Positions 18,576 to 28,597 of a DNA stretch of 64,000 nt are shown here, one piece after another. The stretch comes from Candidatus Parcubacteria bacterium (lineage in GTDB: Bacteria > Patescibacteriota > Minisyncoccia > UBA6257 > HR35). The stretch covers positions 277,133 through 341,132 of the forward strand of contig BPJG01000001.1 of the NCBI GenBank assembly GCA_026004495.1. The letters are read 5' to 3'. The first letter of the stretch is position 1. Each line of letters starts with the position of its first letter. Below the pieces are notes generated by a model. That model searched no databases and was not told the origin of the DNA. It was given only the letters and a program-made list of their open reading frames with translations. Made by a program: the position numbers and the translations under genes.

Positions 18576-20147
18576 TTAATGACTTATTAGAATATTTTTA
18601 GAATATGGCAACCTAATTTTAGTATTACAATCTTTGATATCTAAAATTTCATACTCAACCTGAATAAAGGTATTGCTAGGTAGACCACTTAAGGGCAATT
18701 GGATAACTTTATTTGTCTTATTTCTTTCATAAGGAAGCCTGAAATTAAAGGATTGAATAAATCGGGTAAAGTTAGCACTAACAACTCTATTATTGCTTAT
18801 GTTTAAATTATTAGCCCTAGCGGCTCTTAATGATAATGTAATATTACAATAACCATTAGTTGAGGGCGCTGGATCAAAACTATAATTAAATCTAATGTAA
18901 AATGGAGGATCAAATAATGAATAATCAGAAATACCTGTAATTATATTTCTGAATATCGAATTTAAAACAGAATTTAAACTATTAAAATTCATATCTATAG
19001 CAAATGTTTGTCTACCAAAAATTTCAATATTAATATCTCTTAAAACAATCTCTCTCCTTTCTTGAGGAATAGTTAATGAATATTGACTTAGATTAACATT
19101 ACAATCATTTGATTCGAAATAAATAATTAAATTATCTCCAGGTTGAGGATCAAGGGAAGCAACTTGAATAGTTCGAATTTGATTATTAACACCAATATCT
19201 AATCTTTGAGAGCTAAAATTTTGAGATGGTCGACTACGATTATAAACTGAAACATTTAATCTGCATTGACCTGAATTAGTTCTGGCTAAAAAATTAATAT
19301 TATTATTAAAATAAACAATACTACCCTGATCAATTAAAATATTATTTCTAATTTGACCACTTTGATTTTGTTGACCACCTTGATTTTGTTGAGTAGAAGC
19401 TACAAATGTCCCTCGAGTTAAACCTATTTCTAGTGCCCTAACAAAACTAAATGCTAAAACAGCGATAATAACACCTAATAATCCGTAATAAAATCGAGCA
19501 TGAATATTAGAAGCTTCAGTTGGTTTAGTGATATATAAAATACCAGCCCAAATTAAAAATATAACTGCTAAAAAGAGAGCTAAACTATAAACAAATCTTA
19601 AAATAAGAATTAAAATCCATAGAACGCATTGATTTATTCCCTGCTCACAGAAATTAACCCTGGGCAAAGAACCTTGTCGAGAACTTACTCCTAGATAAAC
19701 AGATTCTAAACTACCTCCTGGACTTATTTTAACATTTAGAACAGTTAAATCTACAGCTTCGTTAGGACTAATACCTAAGTTTGAGGCAAGTCTATTTCTT
19801 TCTAGTGCATCTGTTTGAATTACCTCATTAGATGCCTGAATTAAAAGCAAACTCCAATTTCCAAAATTTTCTCTTACAGCTAAATTAACATCAATTGAAG
19901 GATCATTGCTGATAATGGTTGGACCACTAACTTGAAAAAGAGTGCTTGTTCCATAAGCTCTATTAAGTATTTCAGCAGCCTTTTCTCTAACTTTAGTTCT
20001 AAATTGCGAATCATCAATCACTCTAACCTCTTTTGTAGTTTTTATACCAAATTCGAAGGGATTAAAAAAATAATCTTGAGAAAAAGAAAATAAAGGCAAG
20101 AGAAAAAAATTTAATATCACAATTAAGAATCTAAATTTATTTATCAT
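18576..20147 (-). CDS. Large protein with an internal VirB2-like pilin hairpin and extracellular beta domains
   Basis: Signal peptide, IWAGILYIT..ASNIHARFYYGLLGVIIAVLAF, and a long soluble C-terminus. Confidence 0.6.
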   Translation of the reverse strand: MINKFRFLIVILNFFLLPLFSFSQDYFFNPFEFGIKTTKEVRVIDDSQFRTKVREKAAEILNRAYGTSTLFQVSGPTIISNDPSIDVNLAVRENFGNWSLLLIQASNEVIQTDALERNRLASNLGISPNEAVDLTVLNVKISPGGSLESVYLGVSSRQGSLPRVNFCEQGINQCVLWILILILRFVYSLALFLAVIFLIWAGILYITKPTEASNIHARFYYGLLGVIIAVLAFSFVRALEIGLTRGTFVASTQQNQGGQQNQSGQIRNNILIDQGSIVYFNNNINFLARTNSGQCRLNVSVYNRSRPSQNFSSQRLDIGVNNQIRTIQVASLDPQPGDNLIIYFESNDCNVNLSQYSLTIPQERREIVLRDINIEIFGRQTFAIDMNFNSLNSVLNSIFRNIITGISDYSLFDPPFYIRFNYSFDPAPSTNGYCNITLSLRAARANNLNISNNRVVSANFTRFIQSFNFRLPYERNKTNKVIQLPLSGLPSNTFIQVEYEILDIKDCNTKIRLPYSKNILISH

Positions 20148-20208
20148 AATATTTTTATTAATGCCAATAAATAAATTATAAATTCATTTTTAAATCTTTA
20201 AACTATAT

Positions 20209-20604
20209 CTATCTGGTTAAAGTAAATTCTATTCCTCTTACTAAACTAAAAGATAAAATTGTAATTATCGCGCCTATAATTGCCCATATTAAATATTTTT
20301 TAGCATTCTCATCATTTGGTTTAGTTGAAAAAAGAAATCCACTATATATTATAAATCCAACTGATAATAAAAGAGAAATTGTATAAATGAGAGTTAAAAT
20401 TCTATTAGCAAATATTAACAAACATCTACTTAATAACCCAGGTGGCACTGGATTACCTCTTAATACTTGTAAAATATCAAATGGCACACAGTTTATTTTT
20501 TGAGGAACAAACTGCAATGATTGAGCGTAAATATTTTCGATAATAGATAAGCTAATATACAAAAAAACTGGTAAAAAAATTAGATAAATATAATTATTTT
20601 TCAT
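20209..20604 (-). CDS. VirB2/TrbC-like pilin
   Basis: Signal ending IYAQ. IIYSGFLF..ENAKKYLIWAIIGAIITILSFSLV. Confidence 0.7.
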   Translation of the reverse strand: MKNNYIYLIFLPVFLYISLSIIENIYAQSLQFVPQKINCVPFDILQVLRGNPVPPGLLSRCLLIFANRILTLIYTISLLLSVGFIIYSGFLFSTKPNDENAKKYLIWAIIGAIITILSFSLVRGIEFTLTR

Positions 20605-20605
20605 T

Positions 20606-20932
20606 TTAACCTATCGAACCAGTTGAGGCTATTCTTTCTATCAATAAAACTAATGAATAAGAAACGAGTGCTGATACAAGTCCAATGATTATCCAAATTA
20701 AATTCTTGCTATAATTCTTAAATTCTTGTGGACTAACGATTATCTTTAATCCTGTAATTAATATCATAATAATCGAAAAAGCTAATGACAGCCAAATCAA
20801 AATACTAAATACCCATCTAAATAGCAAAAGCAGACAGGGTAGAACATCATCACAAACCAAAGGAACTGGAGGATTATTTGGAGAGGTCAAGCCAAAGCGG
20901 CTATCAAATGGATAGTTAACCTGAAATAACAT
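20606..20932 (-). CDS. VirB2/TrbC-like pilin
   Basis: ILITGLKII..SKNLIWIIIGLVSALVSYSLV. Confidence 0.7.
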   Translation of the reverse strand: MLFQVNYPFDSRFGLTSPNNPPVPLVCDDVLPCLLLLFRWVFSILIWLSLAFSIIMILITGLKIIVSPQEFKNYSKNLIWIIIGLVSALVSYSLVLLIERIASTGSIG

Positions 20933-20949
20933 AAAAACTTATTTTAATC

Positions 20950-21321
20950 TTATTGACCAAGTTGTCCAGTTTGAACAAATCTTGATACCAAAGAAACGAC
21001 TGCCCAAGAAATTAAGGAAATTACTAAACCAATAATACCATAAATTATGTAATTCTTTCCAGAAGACATATCTCCCTTAAAAATAATTAAAATTCCTGCA
21101 TAGGCGAAAAATATAACAGCAAAACCTAAAGCTATCCAAATTAATACCCTAAAAACTATTTGAAATATATTGGTGATTGTTGACCTAGGATTATCTTGAA
21201 TTAGCCCACTGTCTGGGTTATCTACGTCAAATTGGGGCAAATCTTGGCCCTTAATGTAAATGGGTAAAAATAAACCAATAAAAAGATATATTAAAAAGCT
21301 ATAAATTAATAATTTTCTCAT
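20950..21321 (-). CDS. VirB2/TrbC-like pilin
   Basis: Signal peptide. FAYAGILII..GKNYIIYGIIGLVISLISWAVV. Confidence 0.7.
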   Translation of the reverse strand: MRKLLIYSFLIYLFIGLFLPIYIKGQDLPQFDVDNPDSGLIQDNPRSTITNIFQIVFRVLIWIALGFAVIFFAYAGILIIFKGDMSSGKNYIIYGIIGLVISLISWAVVSLVSRFVQTGQLGQ

Positions 21322-21434
21322 TATAAATTTTATTCTTTTAATTTTACGACCAATTATAATTTTTTTTAAATATTTAAAGATTATAATATTATATTTACAT
21401 TATATTATATTTTTTTATTAATTAAGCAAATAAT

Positions 21435-21443
21435 TGTGGATAA
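21435..21443. promoter_or_regulatory. Perfect DnaA box just upstream of comM
   Basis: TGTGGATAA, ending 6 bp before the ATG at 21450. Confidence 0.55.
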
Positions 21444-21449
21444 GCAAAA

Positions 21450-22964
21450 ATGTTATCTAGGGTATATTCAGCAATTTTAGACGGTTTAAGTGGTAATATT
21501 ATAGAAATTGAAACTGGGATAATGGTTGGCTTAAATAACTTTTCAATAATTGGTTTAACTGACAAAGCTATCCAAGAATCAAAAGAAAGAATTAATTTAG
21601 CATTAAAATCAATTAACGCTAAGCCCCCATTAAAATTCAATAGGCGAATAGTGATTAATTTAGCTCCAGCGGATTTAAAAAAAGAAGGTTCCTATTTAGA
21701 TTTGGGAATTACGATTAGCTTTTTAATTGCTACAGAACAAATAAAGAATCCTGATAAAAAAATATTATTTCTAGGAGAGTTAGGTCTTGATGGAAGCTTA
21801 AAGAGAATAAGAGGGGCCTTGCCTATAATTTTAAGTTTATATAATCAATTTGAAGAAATATATCTACCTGAAGAAAATATTAATGAAATAAAATTCCTAG
21901 AAAATATTGATAATATTTATCTTTTTAAAAATCTTAAGGAAGTTATAAATCATTTAGAAAAAACCAAAATAAAAGAAAGATTCGTAGCCAATAAATTCAG
22001 TGAATTATATAATAATCGAAATGAGCATTCGTTAGAATCAATAAAAATTTCTGAATTTATCTTGAGAGCTTTATTAATTTCTGCGTCGGGAAATCACAAT
22101 TTATTACTCTTTGGACCACCAGGAACAGGCAAAACTCTAATTGCTAAAAATTTAGTTAACCTTCTGCCAGATTTAGATTACAAAGAATCATTAGAAGTAA
22201 GTAGTATTTATAGTGCTTATGGTTATAATATCGACAATTTAATCATTAGGCCACCATTTAGAAATCCTCACCATACTGCTTCAACAGTAGCTATAATCGG
22301 TGGTGGGCATCCAATTAGGCCTGGAGAAATTACTTTATCTCATCGAGGTGTTCTTTTTTTAGATGAATTACCTGAATTTAAAAGAGATGCCCTAGAATCA
22401 CTTAGAGAACCATTGGATAATGGCGAAATAAATATTACAAGGGCTAAAAATAAAATAAGATTTCCAGCCAAATTTTTATTAGTTAGCGCTTGTAATCCTT
22501 GTCCTTGTGGTTTTTATAGTGATAAACTTAAAGAATGCCATTGTAGTATAACTGAAATAAAAAAATATCAAAAAAAAATTTCGGGACCGATATTAGACAG
22601 AATAGATATGAAAATAAATGTTCCTCGTTTAACTTCTGAAGAAATTTTTAATAATTCTGAATTGGATGTCAAGAATATAATTAACAAAATAAAAGAATTA
22701 AAAGAAAGACAAATTAAAAGACAAAATAAATATAACAGCGAACTGTCGCCTAAAGAAATAAAAAAATATTGTCGTTTAACCCAGCAAGCAGAAAATTTAT
22801 TAAAAAATTCGATTGATAAATTGTATCTTTCCGCTAGAGGAATACATAAAATTATAAAAATAGCTAAAACAATTGCTGATTTAGATAATAAAGATATCAT
22901 TGATGAAAATCATATCGCTGAAGCCATTCAATATCGATTAACAGATTTTAATAATAATGATTAA
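21450..22964 (+). CDS. comM: YifB/ComM Mg-chelatase-like AAA+ helicase
   Basis: INLAPADLKKEG, GELGLDG, GPPGTGKT, PFRNPHHTAS, GVLFLDELPEF, NPCPCG, SGPILDRID. Confidence 0.95.
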   Translation: MLSRVYSAILDGLSGNIIEIETGIMVGLNNFSIIGLTDKAIQESKERINLALKSINAKPPLKFNRRIVINLAPADLKKEGSYLDLGITISFLIATEQIKNPDKKILFLGELGLDGSLKRIRGALPIILSLYNQFEEIYLPEENINEIKFLENIDNIYLFKNLKEVINHLEKTKIKERFVANKFSELYNNRNEHSLESIKISEFILRALLISASGNHNLLLFGPPGTGKTLIAKNLVNLLPDLDYKESLEVSSIYSAYGYNIDNLIIRPPFRNPHHTASTVAIIGGGHPIRPGEITLSHRGVLFLDELPEFKRDALESLREPLDNGEINITRAKNKIRFPAKFLLVSACNPCPCGFYSDKLKECHCSITEIKKYQKKISGPILDRIDMKINVPRLTSEEIFNNSELDVKNIINKIKELKERQIKRQNKYNSELSPKEIKKYCRLTQQAENLLKNSIDKLYLSARGIHKIIKIAKTIADLDNKDIIDENHIAEAIQYRLTDFNNND

Positions 22965-24081
22965 ATTAAAAAAAAATATTCTATTACAAAATAATAAACA
23001 AAAAATTGTAAATAAAAATATTTTGGTTAGAGTTGATTATAATATAGATTTAAAAAATAAAAATTTCGAAGATTTATATCGTATTAAAGAAAGCATCCCA
23101 ACAATTAAATTTTTATTAAAAAATAAAGCCAATAGAATCATTTTAATTACCCATATAGGTAGACCTAAAAATAAGAATGATAGAAAAAATTTATCAACCC
23201 AAAATTTAATTCCTCTTTTAAAAAAATTTCTTCCTCAAGTAGAATATTATAAATGGCATAGAGGCCTAGAAATTCCTAATAAAAAATTATTAATTTTAGA
23301 AAATATAAGATTTTTTAAAGAAGAAGAGCAAAATGATAAAAAATTTGCCCTTCAATTAAGTAAATTAGGAGATATTTTTATAAATGAAGCATTTTCTGTT
23401 TCTCATCGCAAGCACTCATCAATTTATCAACTAAAAAAAATTTTACCCACTTTATATGGATTTAATTTTCAAAAAGAAATTGAAAACTTAAATAAAGTTC
23501 TAAAAATAAAAAGAGGATTATGCTTAATTATAGGAGGATTAAAGATTGAAACTAAATTACCTTTGATTAAAAAATTTTTAACCAAAGCTGAAACAATTAT
23601 CTTAGTGGGCGGTATAGCTAATACTTTTTTAAAAGCCAAGGGATTCAATGTCGGTCAATCAATAATTGATAAAAATTATTTAAATGAAGCAAGGAAAATC
23701 TCCAGTTCTAAAATATTATTACCCTTTGATTTTGTAACTAATAAAAATAAGGAAATTTATTTAGGAAAAATTGAAAAAGACGAAATAATTTATGACGTTG
23801 GTCAACAGAGTATTGAATACTTTAAATCAGAAATTAAAAAAGCAAAATGTATAGTTTGGAATGGTCCTTTAGGGTGGATAGAAGATAAAAAATATTTTAG
23901 AGGTTCCAAATTAATGGCTAAATTTTTAGCAAGTATAAATAATATTAAATTCGCAGGTGGAGGAGAAACACTTTCGGTAATTAATAAACTAAAATTAAAT
24001 AATAAATTTAATTTTCTCTCAACTGGCGGCGGAGCAATGATTTATTATCTAGCCTATAAAAAACTGCCTATTTTTGATTAA
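22957..24081 (+). CDS. pgk: Phosphoglycerate kinase
   Basis: VRVDYN, THIGRP, LENIRF, NEAFSVSHR, WNGPLG, GGGET, STGGGA. Confidence 0.95.
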   Translation: MIKLKKNILLQNNKQKIVNKNILVRVDYNIDLKNKNFEDLYRIKESIPTIKFLLKNKANRIILITHIGRPKNKNDRKNLSTQNLIPLLKKFLPQVEYYKWHRGLEIPNKKLLILENIRFFKEEEQNDKKFALQLSKLGDIFINEAFSVSHRKHSSIYQLKKILPTLYGFNFQKEIENLNKVLKIKRGLCLIIGGLKIETKLPLIKKFLTKAETIILVGGIANTFLKAKGFNVGQSIIDKNYLNEARKISSSKILLPFDFVTNKNKEIYLGKIEKDEIIYDVGQQSIEYFKSEIKKAKCIVWNGPLGWIEDKKYFRGSKLMAKFLASINNIKFAGGGETLSVINKLKLNNKFNFLSTGGGAMIYYLAYKKLPIFD

Positions 24082-24154
24082 AAAGATATAAGGTTTTTAA
24101 GTTTTATTTTTAATACTTTTGACAATTAATTTTTTTTATAATAAAATTTAATCA

Positions 24155-24415
24155 ATGGAAAACTATAAAAAGATATCCAATAATTTAATGTGGGTTTGTG
24201 CTATGAGTATTATAGCTTATTTTATTTTTTTACCATTAAATTATAATCGACCTAATCCTATTCAAAAATCACCTTCTGAAGAAAAAATAGGACTTCCCTT
24301 AGAGGCAAACCCCTTATATTTATTCAAGGAAGAAGAGGAAATAAAACAAATCATTACTACTACCTCTACAGCAACTCCCGAATTTCCCAGGGCTCTAACT
24401 CCTACTATTGAATAA
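24155..24415 (+). CDS. Small single-TM hypothetical protein
   Basis: 86 aa. Preceded by TTGACA (24119)-17-TAAAAT, then 7 nt to the ATG. Confidence 0.6.
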   Translation: MENYKKISNNLMWVCAMSIIAYFIFLPLNYNRPNPIQKSPSEEKIGLPLEANPLYLFKEEEEIKQIITTTSTATPEFPRALTPTIE

Positions 24416-25366
24416 TTTATTGGCTAAATTAAAAGGATTGAAGCCAACTACTGAAAAGGCATAAATTTCTAAGGCACCAATATCGGAGTTAATTTTATTA
24501 GCTTCACCTCTGTTAACAGTAAAACCTAGAATATTGGAATTGTATTCAATAACAAAAAAATTAAAATTTTCAATGCCCAAAAAATAATATTTATAAACTA
24601 AATTAGTTAGTCCCTCTAAGTTATTTTTTATTCCTCCCTGATTAAAAAAAATAATTTCATCATCTTTGAAGGGTGTTAAGTTGATGCAAGCTTTAAGGTT
24701 ATTTATATTTTTCCCCAATTTTAAAGATTTAGATAATAAAAAAATATCTTCTAAATAATCACTTCGATATTTATTTTTATATTCTTTAAATTTTTCAAAT
24801 AAATAATTAATTTTTAATGGAAGGTAATCCAAAGCAAATATCTGAAGATGAGGATGAAAAATACTTGCTCCCGCTCGATAACCATAATTCCAAATAATAA
24901 TCCTATAACTAGAATTAAATTTACTAAACCATTCAATAGCCAAGCTAAAGGAATTTTTAATATCATTTTTATTAAAAAAATGTTTCTTAAATATAACCAA
25001 AGAATGATTTTTAGTTGATTTAGCCAAATTACTGGCGGTTATTGCTGATTTATTTTCTAAACGGCCGAAATTATCTTCGGGAGTTAGATTATAAACATCA
25101 CAAAAGGGATCATATTCATTTTTCAATTCATTGTTTTTTCGAGGTTCTTTTCTTATTGATCGCCAGAAATTAAAATGGGTCTCTTGATTTAAAATTTTAT
25201 TTCTTATAATAACAATAGTTTGATTTTGAGCCTGAGAAAAATTTTTTAATAATTTAGGTGTTAATTTCAAGTATGCTTTTTCATCTATAATTTCAAAAAT
25301 TCTATTGAAGATATTTCTTTCTTTATTTTTTAATCTATTTAATCTTTTAAATAATTCTTTTTTCAT
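24395..25366 (-). CDS. GalT/HIT-like nucleotidyltransferase
   Basis: WNYGYRAGASIFHPHLQ (HxHxQ motif). Confidence 0.75.
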   Translation of the reverse strand: MKKELFKRLNRLKNKERNIFNRIFEIIDEKAYLKLTPKLLKNFSQAQNQTIVIIRNKILNQETHFNFWRSIRKEPRKNNELKNEYDPFCDVYNLTPEDNFGRLENKSAITASNLAKSTKNHSLVIFKKHFFNKNDIKNSFSLAIEWFSKFNSSYRIIIWNYGYRAGASIFHPHLQIFALDYLPLKINYLFEKFKEYKNKYRSDYLEDIFLLSKSLKLGKNINNLKACINLTPFKDDEIIFFNQGGIKNNLEGLTNLVYKYYFLGIENFNFFVIEYNSNILGFTVNRGEANKINSDIGALEIYAFSVVGFNPFNLANKLFNSRS

Positions 25367-25415
25367 TAAATAAATTAAGACCTAAGCAACTTAAAAATAA
25401 AAAAGTTGACTTATA

Positions 25416-25503
25416 CGGAAGGGGTGGGATTCGAACCCACAAGGGCTAACATAACCCAACGGCTTTCGAGGCCGTCCCAATAAGCCAATTCTGGCACCCT
25501 TCC
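25416..25503 (-). tRNA. tRNA-Ser(CGA)
   Basis: ACGGC-CT-CGA-AA-GCCGT, long variable arm, G73, no CCA. Confidence 0.92.
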
Positions 25504-25523
25504 CTAAAAAATTTTATAAACTT

Positions 25524-25595
25524 TGGGCGGGAGAGGAATTGAACCTCTGTCCTTCTCGTTGTAAGCGAGACGCTCTACCACTGAGCTACCCGCCC
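25524..25595 (-). tRNA. tRNA-Val(TAC)
   Basis: TCTCG-CT-TAC-AA-CGAGA, no CCA. Confidence 0.92.
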
Positions 25596-25897
25596 TATTT
25601 TAACCAATTAATAAAATGTAAAAGAATATTAGCAATAAATTCTTTTATTGATCTAAAAATATTTACAATATCTAAACCAAAATAATTTTTAATTTTATCA
25701 AAAAAATCATTAAAATTAAGGCCGGTAGTTTCTTGAATAAATTGCCAAAATTTTTGCCATCCTTTACTTAGGGTTCTTAAAAAAACCTCCCAATTAAAAT
25801 ATGGATTTAACCATTGCCAAAATGAATCAGGTAAAATAGCAAAAACAATTAAAATAATTATAAAATATATAAATAAACGAAAAATTAATTTAATCAT
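25595..25897 (-). CDS. Hypothetical membrane protein
   Basis: 100 aa with an N-terminal TM and amphipathic Trp-rich helices. The stop codon shares its G with tRNA-Val position 1. Confidence 0.65.
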   Translation of the reverse strand: MIKLIFRLFIYFIIILIVFAILPDSFWQWLNPYFNWEVFLRTLSKGWQKFWQFIQETTGLNFNDFFDKIKNYFGLDIVNIFRSIKEFIANILLHFINWLK

Positions 25898-25899
25898 TA

Positions 25900-27327
25900 T
25901 TAACTTAATTTGTTAATTGCTTTTTCTATTAATTTTAATGTTTTTTCTTTGCCTAATATTTCCATAATTTCTATTGGTGGAGGTGAGTATTGTAATCCTG
26001 TTAGGGCTACCCTAAGAGGCCAATAAATGTAGCCTTTATCGTTATGAAGATTATCTAAAATATTTTTTAAATAGCCAGCTTTAAACTTTTCATCCTCTAA
26101 TAAAGATAAATTTTTTAATGTTGTTTCAAGAGAAACTTTTATTTCATCTAGTGAATAATCTTTCCATTTTAATAAAGAAACATCAAAATCAAATTCTTTA
26201 AAGAAAAAATTTACCGAAGAAAATATTTCTTTTATAGTATTAGCTCTTTCTTTGCCTAATTCAATAATTTTATTTATTTGTTCATCATTATAATTTGTAT
26301 TTTTAATAATTTCTTTAATATCTGAAAAATATTCATCAGAGTTAATAATTTTAAGTATTTCTTGACTTAATTTTTTTCTTAAATAAATTCTATTTAACCA
26401 AGATAATTTTTTCAAATTTAAGGCACAAGGACGTACTTCTAATTTTTCCAATTCAAATTGTTGAATTATTTCTTCAAGGGAAATAATTTCTTGTTCCCCC
26501 TCGGGATGCCAACCTAAAAGAATTAAAAAATTAATAATCGCTTCAGGCAAATGGCCTTCTTTTTTATATTCTAATATTGACTTAGCTCCCTTTCTTTTAG
26601 ATAATTTACCACCTCCTTCATTTAAAAGAAGAGGTATATGAACATAAATTGGCAATTTCCAATTCATCTGCTTATAAATCATAATTTGTTTGGGGGTATT
26701 TGAAATATGTTCGGCTCCTCGGATTATATGGGTAATTCCTTGATAGTAATCATCTATGGGAGTAGATAGATGAAACAGTGGTTCTGTTAAGGATTTAGCA
26801 ATTACAAAATCACCTATTAAGCTTAAATCGAACTTAATTTCTCCTCTTAAAAAATCTTTAAAAATCAATACTTGATCAGGTACCCTTAATCTTATAACAT
26901 ATGGTATATTTTGAGAAATTTTTTTATTAATTTCTTCTTTAGATAGCTTTAAACAAGTTCTATCGTATCTTGGTGTTAACCCTTGAGAAATTTGAAATAT
27001 TTTTTTTTGTTCTAGTTCTTCTTTGCTACAAAAACAATAATAAGCTTTACCCTCCTTAAGCAATTGATCAATAATTTTTTGATAGAGAGAAATTCTTTCA
27101 GATTGAAAAATGGGCCCTTCGTCCCAATTTATATTTAACCACCTTAAGCTTTCTAAAATATCATTAACAAACTCTACTTTTGATCTTTTTTTATCTGTGT
27201 CTTCAATTCTTAAAATAAATTGGCCCTTTGTCTTCTTGGCATAAATATAATTAAATAAAGCCGTTCGAGCACCACCTAAATGAAGATAACCAGTAGGCGA
27301 AGGCGCAAATCTTACTTTTGTTATCAT
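25900..27327 (-). CDS. gltX: Glutamyl-tRNA synthetase
   Basis: RFAPSPTGYLHLG, LRIEDTD, KLSKR. Confidence 0.97.
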   Translation of the reverse strand: MITKVRFAPSPTGYLHLGGARTALFNYIYAKKTKGQFILRIEDTDKKRSKVEFVNDILESLRWLNINWDEGPIFQSERISLYQKIIDQLLKEGKAYYCFCSKEELEQKKIFQISQGLTPRYDRTCLKLSKEEINKKISQNIPYVIRLRVPDQVLIFKDFLRGEIKFDLSLIGDFVIAKSLTEPLFHLSTPIDDYYQGITHIIRGAEHISNTPKQIMIYKQMNWKLPIYVHIPLLLNEGGGKLSKRKGAKSILEYKKEGHLPEAIINFLILLGWHPEGEQEIISLEEIIQQFELEKLEVRPCALNLKKLSWLNRIYLRKKLSQEILKIINSDEYFSDIKEIIKNTNYNDEQINKIIELGKERANTIKEIFSSVNFFFKEFDFDVSLLKWKDYSLDEIKVSLETTLKNLSLLEDEKFKAGYLKNILDNLHNDKGYIYWPLRVALTGLQYSPPPIEIMEILGKEKTLKLIEKAINKLS

Positions 27328-27352
27328 TAAATAATATTATATTAAAAAAATA

Positions 27353-28597
27353 TTATAAATTATAAATTTCCTTATTGGCGGGAAATTCTAAAATAAAAGT
27401 TGTCCCTATATTTTTTTTAGATTCAACTCTGATATTACCCTTATGAGCCTTAGTTAGACTATAAACAAGATAAAGACCCAAACCAAAGCCTATAGGTTTA
27501 ATTTCTTTGGCTTCATTGCTTCTAAAATATTTTTTAAATATATTATTTAAATCATCTTCACTCATACCAATACCAGTATCTGAAATTTTTATAACTATAT
27601 AATTTCTATCTAAATCTTTATTAATATTAAAAATAATTTTTCCGTTTGGTTTATTATAATCAATGGCGTTTTCGATTAAAGCTAGCATTATAGAAAATAT
27701 AATATTTTTATCAAAATAAAATTTTTCAGCAGCCTCATCTAAATAAACTTCTACTTTAATATTTTTATCCTCTAACGATGACTTAAATAAACTTAAGCAA
27801 CTATTAATTAATTCTTGAATACTATTTAATTCTAAGCTAACATTAACATCACCTTCTTCTGTTTTTCTGCTTAATATTATCATTTGAGTTAAAAATAGGG
27901 CTCTATTTATAATATCAATTTCTTGATTATAAATACTTTTATCTATTAATTCTTTATTTTCTTCAATTAGCCATTTTAGTTGATTTAATGGCGTACGTAA
28001 ATGATGTGCCAAAAGATCAAGTAATTCTAATGATTGTTTATTTTGTTTAATTTCTTGAGAGTGATCTAAGATAATCTTAAGATTAAATTCCTTTTTATTA
28101 TAATTAACCTTGGTATTAATAATAGAAATAAATATTTCATTTTTATAACTAATATCTATAATATCAGGATCACCAGATTTAATAATTTTTATATTTTCTG
28201 CAGTTAACGAAGGAAAAAAAATTAAAGCTAATTTAAGGTACTTTTCATTTTTTATTATCCAAGTATCTATTTTAAAATTAATAATTAATTTTTTATCTAG
28301 GCCGATAAATTTTTCAAAGGCATTATTAATATATAATACTTTCATTTCCTTATCATAAACAACCAGTGGATTGTTAATAAGATTAAATATTTTATCTAGT
28401 TTTAAGTAGAAATCTTCTTCACCGGTAATAATTTCTTCTTTTTTTAATCCAATCAAGATAAATAAAAAAAATAAATTTAAGATCAATAAAGCAAAAATTG
28501 ATAACTTTAAATAATTAAAATTAGGAATAAATAAAAAAAATAATAAGATAATTGTATTTACTAATAAAGATATTAAAAAAAATTTTGATCTATTCAT
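27353..28597 (-). CDS. PAS-domain sensor histidine kinase
   Basis: Two TM, PAS-like segment, AHHLRTPL, ENAIDY, DTGIG, GFGLGL. Confidence 0.9.
   Translation of the reverse strand: MNRSKFFLISLLVNTIILLFFLFIPNFNYLKLSIFALLILNLFFLFILIGLKKEEIITGEEDFYLKLDKIFNLINNPLVVYDKEMKVLYINNAFEKFIGLDKKLIINFKIDTWIIKNEKYLKLALIFFPSLTAENIKIIKSGDPDIIDISYKNEIFISIINTKVNYNKKEFNLKIILDHSQEIKQNKQSLELLDLLAHHLRTPLNQLKWLIEENKELIDKSIYNQEIDIINRALFLTQMIILSRKTEEGDVNVSLELNSIQELINSCLSLFKSSLEDKNIKVEVYLDEAAEKFYFDKNIIFSIMLALIENAIDYNKPNGKIIFNINKDLDRNYIVIKISDTGIGMSEDDLNNIFKKYFRSNEAKEIKPIGFGLGLYLVYSLTKAHKGNIRVESKKNIGTTFILEFPANKEIYNL

Noticed and set aside
17201-21321. Pilin array as a DGR target or recombinational cassette system
   Set aside because: No reverse transcriptase, no near-identical template/variable repeat pair and no shared DNA repeats between the pilin genes were visible.
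27353-28597. Orphan histidine kinase as a novelty
   Set aside because: Unpaired kinases are common, and the response regulator may lie elsewhere in the genome.
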